From Octopus sinensis (Eukaryota): a stretch of DNA of 18,761 bases. Below the pieces are notes generated by a model. That model did no database searches and was not told the DNA's origin. It worked only from the letters and a program-made list of their open reading frames with translations. Every line of letters starts with the position of its first letter. The first letter of the stretch is position 1. Positions 1 through 10,076 of this stretch are shown in pieces. The translations under genes were made by a program, and so were the position numbers. The stretch is taken from the NCBI RefSeq assembly GCF_006345805.1, contig NW_021824413.1:1-18761 (forward strand). The letters are read 5' to 3'.

Positions 1-399
1 CACTATGTTTATCTGCGTATAGATATAGAAACAGACTTCATTGTATCTCTTCCATTTATTGCAACGCAATAATAATATATTAGAGTTTCTATTTAAACAG
101 GTTTATTTCCGTCCAACTTGTTTTGCATATCGTTGGGTTCACTCTTAATATGCGGGTAGTTCTACTTATGTATTCATATACAAAAGTGTGTACATATATT
201 TACGCACCTTTGCATACACAATACATACATATACATAACATATATGATATATGCATATATGTACAAACATACACACACGCACACCTGTATATTATATTTG
301 GCGATTAATTCTGCTCCCAATGGTGGCATTGTTTTTCCACAAATATCTTTATCCAACAAATGCGGTGTTGAGCACTCATTCCTACAGTTCGCCTCTATC

Positions 400-402
400 G
401 TG

Positions 403-439
<37 letters not shown>

Positions 440-570
440 CATGCTTATACCCAGAACACATAAATACATACATACACACATACATACATACATACATGCA
501 AACCTACATACAAACATGCATACATACACACATACATACATACATACATATATACATACATACATATATA
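400..570. repeat. (TA)n/(TACA)n compound microsatellite
   Basis: Direct inspection. Confidence 0.95.
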
Positions 571-839
571 ATCGTTAACAAGAGGTTAAGCTACTTTACC
601 TCCTATCACTACAATTATTTGATAATTTTTAATTAATATCAGCTTTTTGTTTTAATTAATTTTTTAAAATATAATTCTACATTTATTTCTATATACATTT
701 TTCAGTGCTTCCGAGATTGGCGATGGAATCAGAGACCTGGCGTGAGTCTTTGCCACAGAGTGAAATCTTCTGGACACTTTTACCACCACCACCGCCGCCG
801 CCGCTAAGATGCCAAGTGGCCGTTTTAAACCGACTCATC

Positions 840-1065
840 GTGTCGGTTACCCGGTTTCAATAGCGTATGAGTAACCGAGATCCGAACAATTCCCCCTGTG
901 AAATATGTGAACGGGACTCCAGTCCTTCGCTAGGTTACGCCTTTGCATTTGATTGAAGTGGACTCCAACAATGGGAAATGAAGTGTTTTGCTCAAGAATG
1001 CAATTCACCACCTGTTTCAGCATTCGACCTCACAATCTTGCGCTTCGTGTGTCCGTAGTCATTAT
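840..1065 (-). mobile_element. Degenerate tRNA-derived SINE with V-SINE-like central domain
   Basis: The minus strand has TAACCTAGCGAAGGACTGGAGTCCCGT (V-domain-like) and TTGAGCAAAACACTTCATTTC, with a decayed tRNA-like head near 1020-1060. Family recognised from memory. Confidence 0.5.
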
Positions 1066-1100
1066 ACACCTATCTTATTTCACTGATCTCAACCTACAAC

Positions 1101-1188
1101 CAGGATTTGAACACTGAACGCAGTGAGTCGAAACAACCCCCTTAACCTGCTTTATCCAACAGTCTAATGATTCTATCAATTTGCCGCC
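1101..1188 (-). mobile_element. Old SINE head fragment related to the 6790-7203 and 9122-9354 family
   Basis: GGATTTGAAC (B-box, reverse complement) and TCTAATGATTCTATCAATTTGCCGCC align to GCTAACGATTCTGTCAGCTCGCCGC of the 7180-7203 copy. Confidence 0.55.
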
Positions 1189-1919
1189 GATCGGCTCTCA
1201 AAGTTATGGATCAATCATGAATACCTAGCAATGCCTCGTTCATGTTAAACGTTATCTAAGTACAAATGAAAACTTTTGAGGACAATGTGTATGATGTGAC
1301 GTAGCCGTCGAGAGCACCAAGACACAAGCTAACGGGCCAATGGTTTCTATACCATCACCAGGATTCCTCTTTCATAAGTAAAATATTTAATTTAATGGAT
1401 TACTTCAGGTTATATCATGCTGACAATTTCCAATAAGAATGAAATGGTGCTATGCATAATTACCAATAATGACTGCAAATTTTATGAGCTTTCTAATTAA
1501 ATAAGCAAATAAAAGAAAATTTAATATTTGTATTCTATGCACTTTCTTCTTGTTTCTCAATTTTAAAATTCAAACTTATAACATCGCAAAAATATATCTA
1601 GAAATGATATCTCCCTTAACATATACATATATGTTATTCAATATATATATATATATAATATATATAGATATATATATATTATATATAATATATATATATA
1701 TTTTTATATTATACATATTCCACCAGGGCACACCACTTGTCTCAGTAAAACAATTTTCTCTGGTTCTTTATCTAGATATAACAATGCTTCTCAGAAAGAG
1801 GGCGCTGTCTTAACCAATTTCACTCAGCGGTTCTTCTATAAGAACCAGTTGTTCCGCTCGAATCTCACGAAAAAAAAAACTTCTGCATCTTATTTCCAAG
1901 CGCTTCAAACTTATTTTCA

Positions 1920-2052
1920 TCGCCACACACACACACACACACACACACACCACACGTGTATGAACATATTTGTGTGTTCTATGTCATATATTTACTGATA
2001 CGTACGTGTGTGTAAATGTTATGTATACACGCCGTATGTATGTATGTATTTA

Positions 2053-2113
<61 letters not shown>

Positions 2114-2205
2114 GTACATTATCTATTTATATACGTACTTGTGTGTGTGGCGCGTGTATATGTTGTAATTCTTTCCTCTTTGTGTGTTTGTGTGTGTGTG
2201 TGTTT
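1920..2205. repeat. (CA)n, (TA)n and (TG)n microsatellite cluster
   Basis: Direct inspection; includes a pure (TA)n at about 2057-2111. Confidence 0.95.
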
Positions 2206-3414
2206 GTCTCTGCTTCAGCATGTGTTAGTCTTAAGTGTTCGATATAATATTCTTCATTTTATTTTTATTTTTAACAGTAATTCTGTTAAATTGTGTTACA
2301 GACAAAAATATTGTAAATAAACAAAAACCAAATGTTTATATGACTGATTTAAGTTATGACACATTGAAAAAAAAAAAAATTAAAAAAACAAACAAAATTT
2401 CAGTTTTTCATTGTTTCTGTTTAAATATTGTCTTTGCTATTTTTTTCCGTCTTTTTGTCGTTTTAAATTCAATATATATTCCTTTTTCTTTCTCTTTTTG
2501 TTATGCTTGTGGTTGATATTTGCTTATTATTTTCATTTTGTTTATTAAAAGTCTTTTATTTTCAGTTACATTCATTTATATAAATCCTAAGCGACATAAT
2601 ATTAATAATAATATCAATAATAATAATAATAATTACAATAAATTTTTTTTTGTCGCTCTTCTCTTCTGGAGATATTTGTTTGTTTTATTATATTTTTATT
2701 GTGTTTTTTCATCGGTTATTATCATCAACGTAGTTTTTCATCAAGATCAGATATTTGATTGGTGGAGTTCGAGACTTTTATTCACGTATCCCCGACCCCT
2801 TTGTTTTCTTCTGCTATCGTTAATCCTCTCACTTTCTCCATCCATTTATTTATCTCCCTTACAATATTCATCTCCCATTGTCGCCGCCATTTTGGATTAT
2901 GACACTTCAGACACACAGACACCCTTCCATGTCGTGTGTCCATCGTTAATCTCCTCACCAGCGTCAACTATATTAATCCGCACAAAGACCGCAATGTCAG
3001 TTAATCTTTATTAATAATTATAATCATTAATGTTTCAGTTTTCAATTCATAATCATTTCCTTTACGTTCCTTTTAATTAATTTTAAATGTACAAATGATT
3101 ATTAATTATTAATTATTATTATTTTAATTCCACTTTCTGGGGTTTCGTTCATCGTCTTTTATTCAACCCCAAGAAATTTCATCTCTTATGAATCATTAGA
3201 ATTATTGTTGTTGTTGTTGTTCTTCTTCTTCCTTGTCGCAGCGTTTTTTTCATTTTTCATCGTTATTTATTTGTTTTGATTGTTTTATAAAACTTTTCCA
3301 CGTTTCTTTTTCTTGGTTTCACCTTGTGTTGTCTTCTCTCCAGAATTTGAATAACTTTCTTCGTCTGCCTTCACGTTCTTCCGTTTGTCCGTCCAGCCTT
3401 CCTTCCACCCATAC

Positions 3415-3900
<486 letters not shown>

Positions 3901-3997
3901 ATGGAGGAAGAAAGGCTCTGCACCGTTATGTAGGGGGCGCTGCTGCTGCTGCTGCTGCTGTTGCTGCTGCTCGTGTGAAACCGGATGTGTGTGTTGC

Positions 3998-6466
3998 TCA
4001 GTGAACATAGCCGTTCGCCATTTGGTATTGCTGTGCATCGACAATGACACTCGTATAACCTGCCTGGGGAATCATAGGATAGGGGCGTTGCGGCTGAATG
4101 GGCGCCGACTGGTATATGCCAGCCTGAGCGTAGCCGTCGTAGCCGCAGGCGGCTTTCAGGCAAGTGGTGTAGGCGTCCTGTTCGGCGGCAGCGGCCGCGG
4201 CAGCAGCCGCCGCCGCCGCCGCTGCCAACGACTTCTCTTGCAGCGAACGCATGTCCAACAGTTTGTGCGCGTTCACCGACGTTGCCGACGTCACCGACGT
4301 TGCTGCTGTTGTTGGCGATGCTGTCGCCGACGTAAGGACGCCGCCGCCGCCGTTCGGCGTCAGGTTTGGGGCGATGACGCCGCCGTCGGACAGCACCGTT
4401 GACACCGTCGGCTGGGCCGTGGCGTCACCAACGCCAACGACCACCGTCCCAGCCGCCGCCGCCGCCGCTGCGGCAGTAGCAGCAGCTGACCTTTTCAGTT
4501 CCTCGTGGTGATGATGATGGTGGTGTTGCTGTTGTTGTTGTTGTTGTTGATGGTGGTGTTGCTGCTGCTGCTGCTGGTGATGTTGTTGGTGCTGCTGTTG
4601 TTGTTGGTGTTGTTGCTGTTGCTGTTGGTGGTGGTGGTGGTGTAGCGTGGTGTTGTTGGTCATCGATGGATGCGATTTAAGGTAGACATGCTGGGACATG
4701 TCGTAGTCACCCACGGCCACCACCGAAGAGGAAGAGGTGGAGGAAGAAGACGAGGAGGAAGAAGAAGAGGAAGAAGAAGAAGACGATGATGATGATAGTG
4801 ACAATGATAATGTTGCTGACTCTAATGCGGATGAAGAGGACGCCGATGAAGAGGCTGGGGTTGTCGAGTTGTGATTAGTACTGTTAGTAGTATTAGTATT
4901 GTTGTTGCTGTTGTTGTTGTTGTGTTGTTGCTAATTATAATATTATGATTACTCGTGCTGTGGTTAGAGATGTTGTTGTTGGTGTTAGTGTTGTTGTTGT
5001 TGTTGTTGCTGTTTTGTAAGTGTGTGTGCTGTTGTCTGTGTTGGTGGTGTTGTTGGTGTTGTGCTTGGTGATGGTGGTGTGAGTGGAGCTGCTGTTGCTG
5101 CTGTTGCTGCTGATGATGATGTGATTGCTGCTGCTGCTGCTGCTGGTGATGGTGGTGTTGCTGCTGCTGCTGGTTATTATTGTGGTGTTGGTGGTGCTGC
5201 TGTTGGCTGTGAGGGTTGCTATTATGGTGCGTGTGGCTGTTTGCCGTACTGCTGCTGCCCCCTGTATTGCCATTGCTGCTACCAACACTATTCCTGCCGC
5301 TAGTCGTATTATTGGCGCTGTTGTTGCCACCACCACTTCTCGGATCTTTACCCACGTGGTACGTTTGATTCGACTGTCTGCGCATGATCACAGACTGGTG
5401 AACCGAGTCCCGCTGGGTGGAAGAGATATTAGGGTTCAGCTGGGCGTTGGCTGAATGCTGTGGGTCCGTGGGCTGCGGTTTGTAGCTTTCTTCCTTCACT
5501 AAATGGGAAGCATCCAACAGCGTTTCGTACTTAGAACTTCCGGTTCCGTTAATGGAAGCAGAAACAGAAGAAGAAGAAGAGGAGGAAGAAGAAACAACAG
5601 CGGGAACGACAATGGCGCTAGTTGTTCCGTTGCTGTTGCCAGCTGCTGTAGAGAGTCGGTCAGTCGGTCTGTGAGAATGAAGGGACGTGTGGCGTTTGTC
5701 GAATTCTTCGTTTACGACGTCGACTTCAGAGGCAGAAGATTCAGACCGGTTGCTATACGGAGCCGTGTAGCTATTGCTGCCTGTCATGTTGCTAGGTGCG
5801 TTGTAGCTAGAAGATGCAGCGTCTTGAGAGCTGTTTCCCGAACAGGCACCAGTCGTCCGATAGTCATACTGTTGAAGAGCTGAAGACGATTGCGAACTGT
5901 CCGTCTGACGGTAGTTCTCGCGCCCAGCTTCATTCTCACCGAGTCCCAACCGTAGAGTTGGGGTTGGATTAGCTTCAAGAATTGGCTGAGTGGAACCCAC
6001 AAACCCCTGATAGTTTGAAGTATCCCGGTTAGAATAATAACGTTCTTCGTAAGTCCTGTAAGGGCTAGGGTCGTCGAAATATCTTTGGTGGGCTTGGTAC
6101 GGATAGACGCATGCGCTGTCCCTGTACATGCCCATGCTTGCCGGGTGAGAATAGGGTGACGTATAGAGGCTGTTGTAGCGATCCATGCTTTCGTGCGGGT
6201 GTTGGTACATGACGCTTTGGTAACCCTGCACTGGCATCGACATGTCTGGGATATAGTCATAAGTGGTGGTCTGTCTTTCTGAGTAGTCATTGCTGTAGTC
6301 AGAGCCATCGGACAAATGGGGGTAGGGTGATCGACGAGCCTTGATTCGATTACTTCGAACTTTGGCCATGCGGGGGGTGCTACGTTCACTTGTGGAAGCG
6401 TAGTTTGAGTTGGTGTGGGTTAGCGTTTGTTCCAACTGGATCGGGACATCTTTATTCTTTATGTCA
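3998..6466 (-). CDS. sim: Final coding exon of single-minded (Sim, bHLH-PAS transcription factor), C-terminal region; about 822 aa if the 1-nt frameshift at about 4922 is corrected
   Basis: The exon starts in phase 2 after TTCCTATTTTTCAG and reads (S)[13 protein letters not shown]...[19 protein letters not shown]. This resembles the post-PAS-B segment of SIM1 as I recall it (VNYVLT|DTEYKGLQLSLDQ...KSRTSPYPQ). It ends [20 protein letters not shown], resembling the recalled insect Sim terminus (YTSVIVEPQHY...FVH*). ORFs 4822-6435 and 3998-4804 join when one base is restored at about 4922. Identification is from memory, not a database search. Confidence 0.85.
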
Positions 6467-6494
6467 CTGAAAAATAGGAACGGAAGAAAAAAGT

Positions 6495-6502
<8 letters not shown>
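6467..6502 (-). promoter_or_regulatory. 3' splice acceptor: polypyrimidine tract plus AG, with candidate branch point
   Basis: The minus strand reads TTATTAATACTTTTTTCTTCCGTTCCTATTTTTCAG|TGAC, with AG at 6468-6467. Phase 2 fits the Sim intron position after VNYVL(S/T). Confidence 0.85.
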
Positions 6503-6552
<50 letters not shown>

Positions 6553-6569
6553 TTAATAATAATAATAAC
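6497..6569. repeat. (AAT)n microsatellite next to the splice acceptor
   Basis: Direct inspection. Confidence 0.97.
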
Positions 6570-6571
6570 AA

Positions 6572-6782
6572 TTTCTCAAACTTAAAGTTGGTGCCCCTAT
6601 AATGCTCATTAGAAATTTGGTTCCCCCAAAACAATGCAATGGCACACGTTTGATCGTTAAGTCCTTATCTCCCACCGTAATCTTATATCAATATTTGCCC
6701 GAATAATCATCATAATTCAGTGCAATCATTAACAGTACTTTCAAGCAAATCAGCCCCGAGCATCGCCGGGCAATTCTGCTAG
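6572..6782 (+). mobile_element. Internally deleted Helitron: Pif1-type helicase fragment plus 3' terminus
   Basis: 6575-6682 translates LKLKVGAPIMLIRNLVPPKQCNGTRLIVKSLSPTVI, the Helitron/Pif1 motif LKVGAPIMLLRNL..LCNGTRL.V. A GC-rich hairpin CCCG-a-GC-atc-GC-CGGG (6755-6770) is followed by an 8-nt spacer and CTAG|T (6779-6783). Confidence 0.88.
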
Positions 6783-6789
6783 TTGTATA

Positions 6790-7203
6790 TATTTCTTTAC
6801 TACCCACAAGGGGCTAAACATAGAGGGGACAAACAAGGACAGACAAACGGATTAAGTCGATTATATCGACCCAGTGCGTAACTGGTACTTAATTTATCGA
6901 CCCCGAAAGGATGAAATGCAAAGTCGACCTCGGCGGAATTTGAACTCAGAACGTAACGGCAGACGAAATACCTATTTCTTTACTACCCACAAGGGTCTAA
7001 AATCAGAGGGAACAAACAAGGACAGACAAACGGATTAAATCGATTACATCGACCCAGATCGTAACTGGTACTTAATTTAAATACCCCGAAAGGATGAAAG
7101 GCAAAGTCAACCTCGGTGGAATTTGAACTCAGAACGTAACGGCAGACGAAATACCGCTACGCATTTCACCCGGCGTGCTAACGATTCTGTCAGCTCGCCG
7201 CTT
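6790..7203 (-). mobile_element. tRNA-derived SINE with a tandemly duplicated 183-bp body (head-body-body)
   Basis: Units 6790-6972 and 6973-7155 differ at about 15 of 183 positions by manual count. The B-box GAGTTCAAATTCC occurs in each unit (7130-7118, 6947-6935). There is a single A-box head at about 7180-7203. Confidence 0.9.
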
Positions 7204-8714
7204 TCCGAGAGAATATATTGTATATGTAAAAAATATACATTCTTTGTCTTGTTCTTCCCTTTTTCTTTTTTCTCAAGGGTTCGTTTTCAATCTCTCTCCC
7301 TCTTCTTCACTTTCTCTCTTCGTATTTTGCTCGCTCTGCACAATATCATTCCATTCCCTTTAGAATCATCTGACAATACGTAGCTTTGTTATCCATGTTG
7401 GTGTTGTCGATACGATGGGGTTTCGGTGATTCAGCGAACGCCATGAAACACATTGACGTAAATATAAGAATAACTTCTTATTAACTTCAACTAAAGATCA
7501 TCGAATCCCCCTCCTCCTCCTCCTCTTTCTTCTTATCCTTCTCCTCCTCCTCCTCCCACCCTTGCTTCTATGACTACGTCACGGAAACAACAAAGAACAA
7601 ATACAAACGTTGCCGCTTGAAAAGCTTGCTTACTTCTCTAACCAAAGTCAGCCGAGCTGATGGCGGCGTCAAAGAAGGGAGAGAGAAAGAGAGGCACTGA
7701 GAGAGAGAGAGAGAGACAGACAGACAGAGAGACAGACAGATAGAGGGAGAGAAAGAGAGGAACCATTTCATGCCTCGTAGTAAGCTAGCTTGAAACACAA
7801 ATGAACCAACTTGGGAGTTTACCGAGAGAAATCCTCAGCCCATCGTTCGTGCCCCAAGGTACCTACATCAGCGACGTTTTGAAAACCTCTTTCTCCATTC
7901 TCTTTCATCATTTCCATGTCTTTTATTTTATTCGATATTTCCTCGTTTATTTATTGTTTATTTTTATATACTTTATTTCCATCCTCCCATCATGGCGGCC
8001 TTCAAAGTCTCCCCACGTCCGTTCCTTTCATTTACTTTCCAATTTTCTCTTTAAGTCTTCATCCATTTACCTTCCTTTTTTTTCTTCTTCTTTCTGGTTG
8101 TCTTCGGTTTTATTATCATTTATTTTATTTTATTTTACTTTCTTTTATGTTTTATTCCTTGTGACATTTCTTCTAATGGCCTCTTCATGGTCCTGCTTTT
8201 CTCACCAACTTCTAAAGTCCTCAAACATTCTCTCTTCTTCTTCTTCTTCTTCTTCTCATTCGCTCCTTTTTATTCTTTCTTTCCTTCGTTGTATTTTTTT
8301 CTCTTTCTCGCGCCTTTTTACTCAGATTTCTTTCTTGTAAAAATCTTTCAATTGAAATTAAGTTGCTTCATTAACCGTGAAACATATCCCTGCAATTTTT
8401 TCCGGGGCCAAACGGATGTGTTTTATTGTTTCGTATTCCTCCCCCTTACTCCCCTTTTTACTTTCCTTCTTCTCACTCTGCATCCTCCTACCATTCTGCA
8501 TTTACCCCTCCCTCCCTCACTCTGTAATCCTTCTCTTCTTTCTCTCTACGTCCACTACATCATTCGCTCTTCTTTCATCCTGGCAGCCATGTTTGCTATG
8601 CGTTGCTGCTGGTTCAGCGCCATTTAATGGCCGTTCAATATGGTGTCTTATACCAAAAGTAACTGGAATTATGTATTATATATGACATATTTCTGAAAGC
8701 TGATGTCGTTTATC

Positions 8715-9112
8715 ATTTACTTGCTTCAATCATTGGATTGCGGCCATGCTTAGGTACCGCCTTGAAAATTTTTTAGTCGAAAGAATCGCCCCTAGTGCAT
8801 TTTTAACCTGGTTCTTAATCTATCCGACTTTTATGTCAAACCACTACGTTACAGGAACGTAAACAAACCACCACTGGTTGTCAACCAGTGGTGGGCGACA
8901 AACACAGACACAAAAAGAGACACACACATACATATAGATACATACAATGGCCTTCTTTTAGTTTCTCTCCACTAAATCCACTCACAAGGCTTAGCGGCAT
9001 TTCGTCCGAGACTATAGTAGAAGGCACTTGCCGAAGAAGCCACGCAGTGGAATTGAACCTGGAACCACGTGGTTGGTTGGGAAGCAAACTTCTTACTACA
9101 AAGCCACGCCTG
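8715..9112 (-). mobile_element. tRNA-derived SINE of a second family (CORE-like central region)
   Basis: The minus-strand head has an A-box-like TGGCTTTGTAG (9106-9096) and B-box GGTTCAATTCC (9059-9049), then CTTCGGCAAGTGCCTT (CORE-like CCTTGGGCAAGT) and an internal (TG)n tract. The left boundary is approximate. Confidence 0.7.
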
Positions 9113-9121
9113 TGTGTATAT

Positions 9122-9354
9122 TTACTTCTTTATTGCCTACCGTGGGTTAAACATAGAGGGGACAAACAAGGACAGACAGAGGGATTAAGTCGATTATATC
9201 GACCCCAGTGCGTAACTGGTACTTAATTTATTGACTCCGAAAGGATGAAAGGCAAAGTCAACATCGGCGGAATTTGAACTCAGAACGCAGCGGCAGACGG
9301 AATGCCGCTAAGCATTTCGCCCGGTGTGCTAACGCTTCTGCCAGCTCGCTGCCT
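9122..9354 (-). mobile_element. Monomeric full-length copy of the same SINE family as 6790-7203
   Basis: Aligns directly to 6973-7203 over the whole length, with B-box at 9281-9269. Confidence 0.9.
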
Positions 9355-9564
9355 GTGCGTATATTAACAAGGTTATCTTGTCGACCATTTTGTCCTGTTA
9401 TTTATTTATTTATTTACTTTTTATTTATTATCCATTTTGCAAAGATAAATACAAGACTTTCAGCAAATACTTCTCCATTTCCGTGCAATGATTTTTTAGG
9501 TGCTTGGTCTGAAGGTCACCTCAGATTGGTAATGTTAATGCTCTCTTGAGCGTTTGTATGTCAA

Positions 9565-9745
9565 CACATGAGAGCCAGGAGAGGAAACTCCAGAGGGCTG
9601 ATCGATGTTCGGTGGATGAAGGACTTGCCGTAGGGATTACTGCAGTGGTTAAAAATTTGGACACAATAAGGGAAAGCGAGAAGTGAACTGAGAACGGCTG
9701 AGCGGATGTTGCATGAGTGGGACCGGATCCATTGAACAGAGGCCA
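9565..9745 (+). mobile_element. Possible decayed RTE-type LINE ORF C-terminus
   Basis: Frameshifted fragments ERKLQR / RWMKDL / QWLKI / MLHEW resemble the RTE tail pattern (RK.PRGRP..RW.DDL...W...AQDR..W...QEW). Confidence 0.3.
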
Positions 9746-9909
9746 TTATTGTTGCAATAGAAAAGACAGAGAGAGGAGGAGGTAGCAGTGATTACAAGAC
9801 ATTCTAGAGACGGCAATATAAAGACATTGAAAATGACCAGATAATATAAATAGAATAAATGTGGAAATAAAGTAAATAAATAGGACACTAAATGAGAACA
9901 TTGAATAAG

Positions 9910-10076
9910 CTATATCACATTGTCTCAGTGTCCTATTTATAGGACACCGAGTATTTCCATGTCTATTTGAAGTAAAGAAGTTTCAATAATTAATTTGCTC
10001 ATTTTAACCTATTTTCAATCATCTGTAAAAATTCAAAATATTCAGAAATATAAGAACTCTGGACTTAATGGGTTAA
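9910..10076. mobile_element. Possible piggyBac-like MITE remnant
   Basis: The right end GGACTTAATGGG|TTAA (10061-10076) fits a piggyBac GGG-TTAA terminus. There is a subterminal palindrome GTGTCCTAT-tt-ATAGGACAC (9928-9947). The left TIR is at best degenerate. Confidence 0.35.

Noticed and set aside
370-392. Minus-strand CTGTAGGAATGAGTGCTCAAC in a microsatellite-flanked island, as a hammerhead remnant
   Set aside because: Core spacing is wrong, the loop is 2 nt and GAAA is absent.
4251-5883. Plus-strand ORFs antisense to the sim exon (3989-4402, 4251-4511, 5022-5303, 5125-5454, 5503-5883)
   Set aside because: These are expected shadows of a GC-rich, triplet-repeat coding exon.
6608-6650. 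Minus-strand NVCHCIVLG, resembling Sim RPHCIV
   Set aside because: It is the antisense of the Helitron helicase motif, ends in a stop and has no GT donor.
8645-8685. CCAAAAGTAACTGGAATT as a mariner-like terminal repeat
   Set aside because: Short, degenerate, and without a partner end or internal sequence.
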